NCBI RefSeq assembly: GCF_009914755.1
Contig: NC_060926.1
Length of the DNA: 64,000 nucleotides
Reading direction: 5' to 3' (one strand)
Source of the DNA: the human T2T-CHM13v2.0 reference genome, Homo sapiens
This document shows positions 33,091 to 47,700 of this stretch, piece by piece. Made by a program: the position numbers and the translations under genes. Every line of letters starts with the position of its first letter. Position 1 is the stretch's first letter. The notes beneath the pieces were generated by a model that was not told the origin of the DNA, did no database searches, and saw nothing but the letters and a program-made list of their open reading frames with translations.

Positions 33091-33969
33091 TCAACAGTTA
33101 ACAGGTTAAAAGGACATTTTCAATTAGGAAAATGTTAGCCCACTAGAAAGCAAAATTTTTAAACCAACTGGAGAAAGTTAAGAAAGTAAATAAAGCAAAA
33201 TTTCCAGAAAGACATATTCAGGTATAATTTTAATTGTAATCTTGGAAGAGAAAAGAGACATTTTGAACTAAAACAGAAGGAAAGACAGGCTGGGATGAAG
33301 ATCAGGAAAACTACAGTTGCTTCCACCCAAGTAGAAGTGGAGAAATTAACAGCTGGCCAGTGGACACGGGGCAGGAGCCTGGAGAGTATGGAAACAGCTT
33401 GAAGTATCTCCTGTGGAAAACTCGACAGGGTCCCCAAAAAGCTAAAGCTAAATCAGATGATCCGCTCAGGGCCCAGTGGGGGCCAGGTGCCACAGACTCA
33501 GTTATCTATTCATTAAGGCAATTTCTTTAGTGACCTGTTAATTTAACCTATGTCATCTATTATAAATTCAAAAGTTAGAAATTGTATCCCTTTTTAAAAG
33601 ATCCTATATGTCTGATTATCACTAATTCAGACTGATCTTCTCCCCAATCAGTCCACATCTTTGATATTTTCTCTACTTACTATATTTCATCCGTAAGACA
33701 CAGATTTCTTTCAGATTTTGACATCTCAGAAATCTAGATGTCTTAAACTCAATGATGAAATTGGGAGGATTTTTCTCCAGTGGGAAATGAAAGAATGATA
33801 TATCTGACAATCTATGGTGATTTAGATTGGATGAACCACATCATTTACTTTGCCTCCAATTAATGTGAACACTTCCAAGCCAAGGAAAGGCAAGACATTT
33901 AACCTCAACACTACTCAATATTTCCCTAGCTTCTTATCCTATCTAACACATTTCTATATATTCTTTCCA

Positions 33970-34130
33970 TTCATGTCAATCCTAAGGTGACAGATGTTTA
34001 TTATCCCTTCCTTTCACAGATGAGAAATCCAGGATTCAGAGAAGTGAAATTTCCTGCACAAGGCCACTGGCTGACAGAGCCAGCAGCCTAATGAGGTCTT
34101 CTGGCACCAGCCTCTGCTCATCTGACTACC
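33970..34130 (-). mobile_element. MIR
   Basis: ttcacagatgagaaatccaggattcagagaagtgaaa...caaggccac. Confidence 0.7.
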
Positions 34131-35019
34131 TACTATGATTACTCTTAGGCTTTTGCTCTGAATAAAAGTCTCACTACCCTACATTTCAACTAAGGTCTGA
34201 AAACTACCTGTACAACTTTGGTTGTAACTGACAACCTTTTACTCAACAATGTAGAGAAATAGCATATATAAGAATCTTACTCCAAATCACCTTTTAATCC
34301 CAAACAATAATAAGAGGCTGAAGCTGCCTGTAAAACTACTTTCTATCCTTTTGATTTTATAAGCCACAGACAACATCAAAATTCCAGAGTCCATTTGCTG
34401 ATATGTAGAAGCCTTCTTGTGTGCAACAAAACAATTAAAAAAAAAAAAACAAAAAAAAAAAAAACCACAAAGATCATGCAGAAAAAGTGCTCTGCAAAAT
34501 TGAGGCAATATTTCAAGCTGATGCAATGAATAAAGACAGCCAATGTCAGTCAACAGCCAGTGGAAAAATAACCCTCAACTTCAGATTCATTTGAAGCCTA
34601 CCAGAAAGACAGAGTGAAATACAACACAAAACTGTCACAAAAGTCTGTTATTTATAGAGAATTGAATTAAATATGACAATTGACCAATAGAATTATAATA
34701 GTTAACTCTTCCTTTCAGGCATCACAAGATGGTGTTTACCTTACATTACCCAGAAAATGGACTGCAGATGATGATGAACTTCCCTCAGATTAAGAAGCAG
34801 CCAACAAACAAAACAATCAAACTTCCAAATTACAGTCTGGCTGAAGAATCAGAATTATTTTGAGAGTTTGGCAGCTAAAACAAATGAACTCAAAGCCATA
34901 GGGTTAGCAGGATATATTTGGAATGAGGGTCTAATTGCAGCCAAAGAGAGACAAAAGGCCAAGGGAGATGCTAGAGAAAGAGGGTAGTAACAAAATTTTT
35001 TAATACACTCAGTCACATG

Positions 35020-35870
35020 GACACTTAACCAAGTTCTATTACAGTCTCATGCTATTAGACACTAAAAGGTATTGCTAAGGAATAGTAAATAAAACAGTGT
35101 GGCATTAAGGCAGGGATAGATCCAACATAGGCAGAATATGGTAATTTAGCCCAAATCAATGGAGACAATATTTATTCATGAACAATTGGTTTTGGAACAA
35201 TTGGCCAGCAGTTTGGAAAACAAGGTAAAACTGGATCACCACTTATTTCCTTAAAACAAAATAAATTCCAAAGGAAACAGAAATCAAAATCCAAAAATTA
35301 AAACAAGAAGAATTATAGGAGAATATATAGGAAAATACTTTTATAATCTTGGAAAAAATGCTTTCTAATAACATCAAAAATAAAAAAAGCAGTTATTTAT
35401 ATAAGAAATGACCATTACATTTAACTCCATAAAACTGTAAAGTTTCTGCAGAGAAAAACATCTTCACAAACTGGGTTGAAGGATAAATGACAACATGGAA
35501 GAGCAATTTTTCAAATACATATCCAAAAAAACAAAATACCAATTTTTTTAAAAGTTCCTGAAAATAAAAAAATTTAAAAATAAAAAGGCAAAAGCTAATT
35601 TAAAAGGCGCTTCTCAAAATAAAGACTAAAACAAATGAATCTGCATGAAGAATCTTAGTTGGGTGATAAAAATATTCTAAAATTGGTTTAGGATGATGAT
35701 TATATAACTTGGTAGATTTACTAAAGAAAAGGCAATCATTGAATTGTACACTTGAAATGGGTGAATTATATGATATGTTAAATATGCCTCCATCAAGTTG
35801 TTAATAAATGACCAATAACAATTAAAATAGATGTTCTTCCTCATTAGTATTCAAAGAATGCTAACAATGC
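35020..35870 (+). mobile_element. Ancient L1M fragments including a 3'UTR piece
   Basis: aaaacagtgtggcatt...; gggtgataaaaatattctaaaattg...cattgaattgtacacttgaaatgggtgaatt. Confidence 0.6.
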
Positions 35871-35874
35871 TTTT

Positions 35875-37295
35875 TCAATGTTCTCCTCCCTAAGCCTCAA
35901 GGAAACCACATGGTGCTGGTTTTCTTCAGGCCTCTCTGATAGCTCCTCTGTGTCCTCTGTTCATTCCTTTACTTCTAGAGATGGCCATGCCTTAGGCTTC
36001 TCTGTGAACCTCCTTCCCAGTTTATCACATTCCCTCCCTAGGAGTTATCACCTGCTGAGGTTCTGCAGCAACACAGCAACATATTATAAAACAACATTCC
36101 AGACCTTCTTCCTAAGCTCCAGAATTGTGTATCCAACTTCCTGCATGGCTGCACACCACTTGGCTGAATCACCAATAGTCTTCAGTCCCATTTCTGCCCC
36201 TGCTCACAATTCTTCTCAAGAAGTCCCTCCTCTATAAATGGTATCTCTATTTTCCCACTTGCTCATGGCAAGACTCAGATTTATCCTAGGTATATTTCTA
36301 TCCCTTGTGTAACCCATGGAATCCATTTCCTATTCCTATAAAATCTGTGTCAAAAAATGCCTTTCGGTTCCATTTACTACTCTGCAATTTTACAGTAACT
36401 TTGCAGTTCAAACCATCATGATCATCTTCCATTGAACAAGTTCAAAAGTGTTCTAATTGGTTTCCACTCCTACTCTGTTCCTCACTAAACTATTCTCCCA
36501 AAACTGAAAACATGATTTTTTTAATGCAAATAAGATTTTTGAGGTAGACACCAAGGTGCACCACTCAGATCCCCCTTCAATAAAGACTTGTTGTCCATGG
36601 GCTGAGAGTGTTGCCAGCCCCTTCAGGGTTGTTGCAGCTGCAAAGAACTGCCTTGACCCAGGAGGTCACACTCCATCCTGGGGAGGCCCTCATCCAGTGA
36701 TTGGTCAATGTGAAGGTATAAAAGCCCAATCATCTCAACCCAACTGGGGACCCCCCTGGAGAACCATTATAGTTCCACTGCTCCTCATGGGGTCAACCAA
36801 GGCTGTCACTGGGCCCAAACCCCAGTGCCCCTTATCTCTCTGCCCAATCCTTCTTCCTTCTCCTGCTTCCACATGTGTTAATCCAAGACTAGTCCTTCTA
36901 GTGAACATCCTTCTCACCAGACTCTGGCTCAAATTGCATCCTCGGGAACGCTATCTACAAGACTTTTGAAACCATGTGATGGGTTCATTTGGATCCTACT
37001 GATCCAGACACATTCCTCCCTTCCACTCTCTTGCCCTATTCTGCTGCATGTTTGTTTTCAAATATACCAAATTCCTGCAGTTCTCAGAATTATTGTGTTT
37101 GGTGGATCCAAAATAAGGTTTCAACCCTATGATGGCATCCAAACTTCTGTAGACTATGGTATAGAGACCACTCATAGATAACACATTTTTTCACTTTACA
37201 TCCTTCTTAGAGGAATGGCTCTTAGGTGTACATTCTCTATAGCACCTGGCACAGAGCTTTGCTCACAAAAGATACTCAATAAATAAATAAAATGT
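35875..37295 (+). mobile_element. L2, interrupted by an LTR
   Basis: L2-type body; 3' end tagcacctggcacagag...gatactcaataaat. Confidence 0.6.
36540..36962 (+). mobile_element. LTR16-like solo LTR (ERVL)
   Basis: cactcagatcccccttca...gctgagagtgttgccagccc...gaacatccttctcac. Confidence 0.6.
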
Positions 37296-37857
37296 GTGTG
37301 GATTAGGTTACTTGGCAGCAAATACTCTGTTGCAGGACCAAATCGCTGTCAACAAGGGCATGCTCAAAACAGCTCTTCTACTAGAACCAAAGCAAAACTC
37401 CAGAGACACGAGAGACAATTGACATATAAAATTTACAAATGTCTTCTATGGTTGAGATCAGAAATTCTTTCAAGGAAAACTAAAGCACAACCTCAGCAGT
37501 GACTCATACTCAAGGTATTTAAGGAAGTAGCAAGAAGTACATTGGGCTGTCTTTTCAACTCCAATTTATCACATCTCAGAATCTCCCCTTTACGAAAGAT
37601 TTATTCTTGAACAATTCCATACTAAATCTTTCCTCTTCTCCTGTTGAATCTTTATGCAAGTAGAGTCAAAGACAAAGAATTCCTTTTTCCACCTATTCAT
37701 AGAATATCCTTTCTAATCCCAAGGCCCCTTACTTAATGCCATTTTTCTATCCATTCAGGATCCCTATGAACAAACTCCTATGATTCCAGTTTGTGTGTAA
37801 GTACACATAGTTAATTATGATGGACTATACATTCCTGAAGCTAACTGTGGCCACTTT

Positions 37858-37931
37858 AAGAAGAACCTCCTTCCAAAAACAAACAAACAAACAAAAAAAA
37901 CAAAAAAAAAAAAAGAAGAAGAACCTCCTTC
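37858..37931 (+). mobile_element. Solo poly(A) retrotransposition insert with 16-bp TSD
   Basis: aagaagaacctccttc at 37858-37873 and 37916-37931 flanking an A-rich tract. Confidence 0.75.
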
Positions 37932-37973
37932 TTAAAAGGCCCTTGGAAAGTAAGTATAGTGATTTAAATAACT

Positions 37974-38406
<433 letters not shown>

Positions 38407-40519
38407 TTAACTAAAAATTTCAGAAAAAATAAATAATCCATTTGCTCCCAAAAGATCTCCAAGAGAATACTACCATGACCATACAGGCAGGATAATTTAT
38501 CCTTGATCATGAGTAATACATTTGTCTTTGCATTTTTGTATTGGTAGATAAACAGCTCATATTATGAAAAATCATTATGAAACAGCTCTTAAAGACATAA
38601 GGAAGAGGAACATGGATAAAAAAACAGGTAGTAGAAGTTGGTGGGAGAAAAGGGATAACAGATCACCCTTAAACAAGCCAGAAACTTAATTATCACCTTT
38701 AGTTAAATCCAAACACCCAGTCTCCTGTTTCAAGGAGACCAACTCACAGAATATTTTTCATGACTAACCTTATGTTTGCAACTGAAGATTAAAAACTAAA
38801 TATTATTTGACAAGTTTTTATATGACGACATAAAGAGTGGCTAGTGCCCGCTGTTGACTCAGACATTTCTGCCAACCTCTTTTGCCTGCCAAAATATAGC
38901 TTCAATAAGCACACATAAATTTTATTTTTAATAAATAACCACAAAATAGTTTCATAAACATACTAAACTGTGGATAATTGTAGCTCACAATGAGTATGTG
39001 TTACAGTTTCGGTAAATAGAAGTTACACAGTCTGAAGCTGGCACACGCTAACCCCATCGTATGGATTGATGTCAAACCAGCTCACGCTGGAACACCCTGG
39101 TGATTTTCTTGGTAAGCGGCCTATGTGCTAACTACTTGGGCTCCTGCCTTCTTCCAGCAGTCCTCCTGTTAGTCTACGCAGACATTAGGTTTCAGAGTCC
39201 TGAGAATTTAAAAGGATAGCTGAGGTCTCTGCTTGGTGTCCCAAAGGGTCTTTGCGGTAAGAAAAGTTCCTTATGCCCTGACCAACATGTAGACACCTAT
39301 AATACTTTAAAATGAATAAATAAAGGGCATTTGGGGAAATAAATACTGATGTGATGAGAAGGAACCAGTGAGAATAAACTGTTCTTTCTAACTAACTTTT
39401 CTTGGAATTTACATGTTCCTTTTACTCAAAAGATCCTTTTGGAAGAGTGTATTGCCTTTTCCTCTGTTGGCAGACATTTTTTCTCTTTTTTTATTTTTTT
39501 ATTCCTTGAAAAAAGCAGCTTATTGAAAGCTTAATGAGTTTTTCTTTTCTGTGTTAGAAATCAGGTTTATTTTTAAGCTTCTTTGACCACACATGTGCTT
39601 TGATGAACTTCCCTCCCATTCGTGGAAAAGAGCTCTAGGTTCCTAACACTTCCAGCTCCAATTCTCCACATTCTCCTTCACTTCACATCGACCCCTGGGA
39701 AACTTAGAGTGAGAAAAAGTCAAAGGGGGAATTTTTTTTTTTTTTTTTGTAATGTACTGAGCTTCCTTTTGAAGACGAGGAAAGAGAGTTTTATCTTCAG
39801 TAAAAACAGGCCCTTTTGTGGAAAGGAGACGTGATGACTGATCAAACAGCATTCAGCATTCCAGGGATGCCAAGATATCGCTGGGTTAAATGGTGGAGAT
39901 GACCCAAAGACCCTGCGCTGTTTGAAAATAAATAAAATTACTCCGGCAACATATTCCGCATTCCTGTTTGTACTCGGCAATCTACATGCTTTAGATTCTG
40001 CCTGTGGTTACCTTCACTCAGGTCTTAGCTCACAGTTGAATTTATTCAGTCAGAATTTACTGCAAACTTCCTTATGGGATGCATGAAACTGGGCCCTAGG
40101 ATGGATGGGGCAGTGTGCATGGTAAGGAGGCAGGATAGAGCAAGAGGGTGGCCCTGACACCAGGAAGTGCTCAGCCTGAGGCCTTGGAATATTGCAGAGC
40201 CATGGATTAAGGGCCTCATGGGCACAGGGAGAGAGTGACTCACTCTGCTGGAGGTTGACCTCCATCAGGAGGAATGCCTCGTGGTGTTTTGTGACCTATG
40301 AAACATTGGCAGCCTGCAGTGCTGCCGCACAATTCTGTTATGTTTTTCAGCACTGCCAAGGGTAGATTTCTCATCTTAACCTCAGTCCTCCTCCAGTCTG
40401 CATCCTTTATAATCCTACACAACCCCCAGCAATGGTTCTCTAAGCACACCCTCCCTGACTCCAGTTAACCATTTTTTCTATCCTCACCCCAAATTAAATT
40501 CAACTCTCTTTGTGTATTT

Positions 40520-41350
<831 letters not shown>

Positions 41351-41499
41351 TTTTAGATAAGAAGCCCTGTAGAGGCTGAAATAAACGTTTTCCTAACATG
41401 GACAAGCAAGGCTCCACCGTCCTTCCACTTTTCCTTTTTTAGCAATCAAGCAAGCAACCAAAGACATCAGATGTTAATAAAATGAAATGGCTATAGACA

Positions 41500-41662
41500 G
41501 CACTGTACAGAACCAATAGAACCTTCCACAGTAATGGATACTAGGCACTTGATGTGGAATCACTCTGACTAAAGAACTGAATTTTTCATTTTGTTTAATT
41601 TTAATTACTTTTAGTTGGCATAGCCCTATGTGGCTAATCCTACTTTATGGGACCGTGTAGCT
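41500..41662 (+). mobile_element. MER3-like fragment
   Basis: gactaaagaactgaatttttcattttgtttaattttaatt...tagccctatgtggcta. Confidence 0.65.
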
Positions 41663-42654
41663 CTAAAGAATAAAATTATATTGACTGAACCAGAGATTCA
41701 AAGCATTTTGGAAAAATTTACATTATTCTTCTACCGGCCATCAGACTTCAGTGGTGTTGCTGGATTTAGAAGATGGTGTCTACCTATCAAAAGCCCCATG
41801 TTTACATATAAGAAGATGCAGTGCCTGTATTTAGCTCAGGCATGAAAAAACTTCAAAACATTTTCACTTTCAAAAGGGATCCCTTTGAGTTGTCCAGAAG
41901 GGCCATCTTATCTCCCTTCTACTCAGGATAGCCTATCAGTGGGCAGTAAGATCATGGAGGTCAGGAAGAGGGTGACTAGTTCTCTCTGACTTCAGAGAGG
42001 AGGACCTGTCCTCGACTATCTATTTTCCAATGAAAGTTTCCCAATAAGTCATTGCCCCATTATAACCTAAGCACAGCAGAATGGCCATGGTATGTCATTA
42101 AGTGTTTTTGTAAGTTGATTTGTGGTGTTAACTTTCTGGATCATAGAAATGGTTTTCCTCAGTATTTTTTCTTCTGTAGGTTTGGAGTCAAGAATTATAA
42201 TCAGTTGCTAAGACTTTGAATTCTCCAGGTAGTTATTTCAAGAACATCCTTTTGCATGTTTCTTGGAAACTGATTCCTTGTTGTGTGAATTCAAATACAT
42301 TATATGTGGTGGCTACTGGCCAGCTCTCAGGGCACCTGAACTTTTTGGCACTTCACTCCTTATATTCCATTATGGAATATGGTAAAATCTCTTATGCACT
42401 AAGTAAAACCAGGATTAGATAACTTTTTACTTGCTTATCTCTCCAACAAAATATATAAGAGGAGCACTGGAAGAAATTTAGCAATTAGAGACTATTAAAA
42501 TAACATTTAATTTACACATTGATTATTTCTAGTAGAACAAGTGTTTTGAAGATGGCTACAATAATATGAATCTTTGATAACCTTTAAAACAGAACAGATT
42601 GCTCTGAAACCAGATGAAATAAATAGATCTTCCTAAAGCCAAAAGGAGAAATAA

Positions 42655-42890
42655 TGCTTTTCAAACTGTGGGCCACAACCAGCTGGGTTATGAAATCAAT
42701 TTGGTAGGTCAGACCAAATTTTAAAACTAGAACAGAATAGAAAATATCAGTGTACCTCACACATATTAAAGGTAGAAAATGCTGTATTATAAAACTATCA
42801 GTTGCGTTAGTGTCAGTGTGTTCTAAGTTGTGATGAAAAATAAGTATTTTTTACAGAGTGTTACTTTACCAAGAGCTTAAAAGTCACTGA
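42655..42890. mobile_element. hAT-Charlie-type MITE
   Basis: cttttcaaactgtgggccacaacc...gaaatcaattt...aaagtcactg (inverted termini). Confidence 0.55.
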
Positions 42891-42964
42891 TTACCAAATG
42901 AGAGGACCTGAAGTTTCTTGCTGTTGTTCTAGGTAACAAATTGTTTGTTTTTTCATTGTTCTAG

Positions 42965-43320
42965 GTAACAAATACTTATCAAACATCTGTTCTATGACTG
43001 ATATTGAATTCAGTTATAAGGTGAATACATGGCTACTTCCTTCAAATAATGTATCATCTAACAACATATAGATACAAATAATTATAACACAATGAGCACT
43101 ATAATAGACATGAAGAGGTAGATTAGAAACATGGCAGAGGGAGCCTCTACTTCTGCATGTGACAGAATGCAGAGAGGAGACATGACAAATACTTCACAGA
43201 GAGAGTGGCATTTGATGTCATCCTTGAAAAGTGACCTGGAGGAGCAAGAGAAAGGCATTCCAAGAAAACAGAACATTTTCTATAAAGGTTGAGATGTGAC
43301 TTGTACTAGGCCTGGAGTCT
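42965..43320 (-). mobile_element. L2 fragment
   Basis: aacaaatacttatcaaacatctgttctatg...aaaggcattccaagaaaacagaaca. Confidence 0.55.
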
Positions 43321-45322
43321 GGAGTGGTACTCTAAATCTTACTGCACATTTTAGTCACTTAATATAGCCTTCAAACTTAGAGATATAGTGAAAATGGAGA
43401 TAGTTTATTTTCATTATGTTTGAATTGTTAGTAATACGGTGGTGTTTGATTCAGATCTTAAAACCATCGCTTTTAAGAGCAAAGCTTTTCAAATGGAAGA
43501 GTTCCTCTCAAATGGGTCAAATGTTATGCTTCCTAGGGAAGAAAACAAAATTCATTTGCATTATAACAGGGTTTAGCAAGAAGTCATGTAAGGCTCAAAC
43601 TCCTTTCTTTTGCTGGTTTGAACAAAACAAATATTTATTAGAAAACAAAATCATTGTACATTGTAATAGAATCAAGAAAATTAGGTCATGCTTTGTTATA
43701 ACTGTTATTGGACATAGATCATTTAACTTAATTTCACACTTAAAAATTTAAATTACATGGTAGGGGTTGGGGGGGGTAGAAATTGAGGCCCAGAACATCA
43801 GGTATGTGTGTCATGAATAATCATAAAAGGCTTTAGAGCCAATTTAGGCAATATTGATAAGTATGAAAGTATAGAATTGAAAGTACTAATTCAAAATAAA
43901 ACTTTTCATTAATTTTTTTCTTGGTATTATTTACACTGACTGTGACTATATTTGTTATTTATTTCAAATCATTCTGCTTTCTTTCCTTTTCCATGATTCC
44001 TCGTAGAAGAGCTTTTAGAATAGCGTTTCAACTCACAGGCTCTAAATGATATAGCAAGATCTAACAGAACTTTATATATTAAGCAAAGTAATAGCTAAAA
44101 AGAGATCAGCAATATATTATTGCAGACTAGGTAAATAATCTTAGTAATTCTTCTAAAGGTAACATGTGAATGAGCATTCTTTCTTTGTGATAGGAAAACT
44201 ACTTTAATTACTTTTCAAACAATCTCAAAGGCTGAAAATGACCCTTGTATTTTAGATTTTGAAAATTCCATGAGAATTGCCGCTGTAAAGATTTTGACAT
44301 GGCCTTGAGATGTAATCTTATTCCCCAAAAGTGACTGTTATTTTATTTTACCTTTTGAGAATAATGACTTTGATTTGAAATGAGAAAATAAATAATAATA
44401 TTTCTAAGCTTTGCCGTAACACAGTTTCAAAACAAAAATTAAACCGTCCTGCTCAGGTACCTATTAAATTTTTCAGGTCTTAGAAGAAAGAAGCACAGTA
44501 ATTATAATTGCAGACTCTACGAAAGACTTAAAAGTCAAACAAACCAAAAAGAATCATAACTTTTTAAAGAGGTTCTCAAGGGTTTTCCAGAATAAAAAAA
44601 AGTGATTATGAGTGAGTTTGTGTTTGGATTTGATTTTCATCCTTCAGGAGTGAACATTAAACCAAAAATACATATATCTTGGAGGAAAAGCTGCAGCTTC
44701 TTTCCCCAACTGTCTGAATGCTCTAATGTCAGATTTTTCAAATTCTTCTCTACCTTGGAGGAATCAGATATTTCCAGGAGCACCAGGATGGATGCTTTTC
44801 TTTTCAGCAAGACTTCAATTGTCTACCTGTTTATATAGGAGAAGCTCTGTAATTTAATCTCCACCACAGAAGACAATCATTATGATTAAATGAGGCGCTG
44901 GTTTAACAAGGTACATCTAATAGGCACTTCTGCTCATCAGATCTTGCACAAACAACATTCTTTCATTGTGCAACATGTAAAATAACTTCTTCGTCCTGTT
45001 GTAGCCTCTGACACTAGGCACAGCATGCTACCTCTTGACTGACTTTTCACTGGAAAGCAGAAAAGACATCACTCTGTCCTAGAGACCGTGGCCTCTGTTC
45101 ATGTAGCCTGTATGAAAGCAGGAAAGGGAGACATTTTTTCCACTGTTTGCACTCACTGCGGGATTTGGGGTATACCACACAACAGAGGACATGTCTCTCT
45201 AAGCACAGGATGAAAAGAATGTGCCTCAGAGAACACAGCTTTTTTGCAAACTCAATTGGTTTACCCAGTTTATATATTATAAATTTCGTCTCCGTTATCC
45301 TCTTATTCAAACAGATGCATGT

Positions 45323-45353
45323 GCACACACACACACACACGCACACACACACA
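45323..45353. repeat. (CA)n microsatellite
   Basis: Direct. Confidence 0.9.
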
Positions 45354-46300
45354 AATTGGAAGAAAGTCAGCCAAAACCAAAAAGACCCTGTAGAGAAGCA
45401 AAAGCAAATGAAAGGAAGACAAAGCTTTAAAAAGAGGAGAAACAAATGTTAAAAGGGATCACAACCCAGGTTAAGAATCCTAGAAAAGGGAAAGCAAAAT
45501 ATTTGAGCACCGTAAAAAGGAAAATATTTCAAAGGAGTGAAAAAACACCCAGCAGAACTGCAGTTCATGAGTGAATTTATGAACTATCACTTCCTTTCAA
45601 GCCCATAGGAGGAACACATGGATCAGCTTCTATCTCTCTCTAGTATCTTGGCTGTTTCCATGTTTTTCTCACCATATCTCACATTTTTCTTCATTTGGTA
45701 GTTTTTTTGTTTTTTTTTTTTTTCAAACCTCCCTCCTTCTCAGGAGGTGAATAGAAGGTGGCCCCTCTATAAATGACTATTATCCCTTCGGGGTGAGGAA
45801 TGTGGAAGAACCATGTCAGGAATTCCAAGCAGCCCAACAGCATTAAGCTGAGGCAGAGTTGTTTGCAGAGGGAAAGCGAGAGAGCCTGGACACACGAATA
45901 ATGGAGCTGATGTCCTCAGAAATCATTGCAGCTTATGTTTCCCATTTAGGTTAAAAAAAAAAAAAAAACTGATAGAGTCACAAACAGGCACTATGAACTT
46001 CTAGCATTTCGCTTAGATACAGAACTTATTACTATGTGTTCCTTCCTTCCATTTCAGACTTTGGGGCAAGAGAAGCAGTCACCTCCCAGAATTTTTCAAA
46101 TCCTGCCTTGTGCAGCAAATATCACAGCTGCACCCCTCCCATATTATGCATTCATGAGGTAACTCACAGAGGAATGCATTCTTCCCCAAGAGCTGCTTTG
46201 CTGGAGTTTCTAGAGTAGAAAAGAATTAAGTGTAGATATGGCAGAGATCCCCAAATTTTATATTAGAAAAGAGAAACCAGAAACCAGACTTAACTGCTTT

Positions 46301-46304
<4 letters not shown>

Positions 46305-46369
<65 letters not shown>
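46305..46369. repeat. (TG)n(AG)n compound microsatellite
   Basis: Direct. Confidence 0.92.
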
Positions 46370-46451
46370 TGGAGATAAATAAAAACATAAACAGGTATAG
46401 ATAGGTAGATTAGATAGATAGATATATCTAGAAGAAGATCAACAATGTATA

Positions 46452-47004
46452 TGTCAGAGGCATGTGAACCAGAGCAACTCCATCTTGAATAGGGGCTGGG
46501 TAAAATGAGGCTGAGACCTATTGGGCTTCATTCCCAGATGGTTAAGGCATTCTAAGTCACAGGATGGGATAGGAGGTCAGCACAGGGTACAAGTCATAAA
46601 GACCTTGCTGATAAAACAGGTTGCAGTAAAGAAGCCAGCTAAAACCCACCAAAACCAAGATAGCCACAAGAGTGACCTCTGGTCGTCCTCACTGCTACAA
46701 TCCCATTAGAGCCATGACAGTTTACAAATGCCATGGCAACGTCAGGACATTACCCTATTGGTCTAAAAAGGGGAGGCATGAATAATCCACCCCTTGTTTA
46801 GCATATCATCAAAAAATAACCGTAAAAGTGGGCAGCCAGCAGCCCCCAGGGTTGCTCTGTCTATGGAGTAACCATTCTTTTATTCTTTTACTCTCTTAGT
46901 AAACTTGTTTTTGCTTTGCACTGTGGACTTGCCCTGAATTCTTTCTTATGTGAGATCCAAGAACTTTCTCTTGGGGTCCGGATCAGGACCCCTTTCCTGT
47001 AACA
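46452..47004 (+). mobile_element. MER41A solo LTR (ERV1)
   Basis: TGTCAGAGGCATGTGAACCAGAGCAACTCCATCTTGAATAGGGGCTGGGTAAAATGAGGCTGAGACCT...CCCCTTTCCTGTAACA, about 553 bp; lacks the MER41B GAS-motif segment. Confidence 0.92.
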
Positions 47005-47006
47005 CC

Positions 47007-47013
47007 TATATGC

Positions 47014-47074
<61 letters not shown>

Positions 47075-47642
47075 TACATACGTGTGTGTGTGTATGTATA
47101 TATATATATAATATATATAAAATATTTCAAAGGAGTGAAAAAACACCCAGCAGAACTGCAGTTCATGAGTGAATTTATGAACTATCATTTCCTTTATCAT
47201 TTTCTATAACATATATATGTGTAAACATATACACACACATATATATGTGTGTGTGTATATATGTATAAAATATATATAAAATATTTCATAGGAGTGAAAA
47301 AACACCCAGCAGATGGAGTGACATGGGGAAACATTTTGCTTGTTTCCCCATCTAAACTTCCCAAACAATTGGCAAGTTCAGAGCCAATTGCTACACCATT
47401 GATTGGGTTATGGAAGGCTCCAAAAATGTAAGGGGCCAACACAAGCAAAATGTTTCCCCATGTCACCCCATCTGCTGGGTGTTTTTTCACTCCTTTGAAA
47501 TATTTCATATATATCATATATATATATATAAAGGTGAGATGGGGAAGCATTTTATATATATACACACACATATATATGTATGTACACACATATACACACA
47601 CACACATATATATGTATGTGTGTATATATGTGTGTATATATA

Positions 47643-47700
<58 letters not shown>

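Noticed and set aside
34436-34464. A-tracts here and at 12757-12773 as possible solo poly(A) insertions
   Set aside because: No flanking target-site duplication visible
36556-36969. 137-aa ORF
   Set aside because: Coincides with an LTR16-like element; no coding evidence
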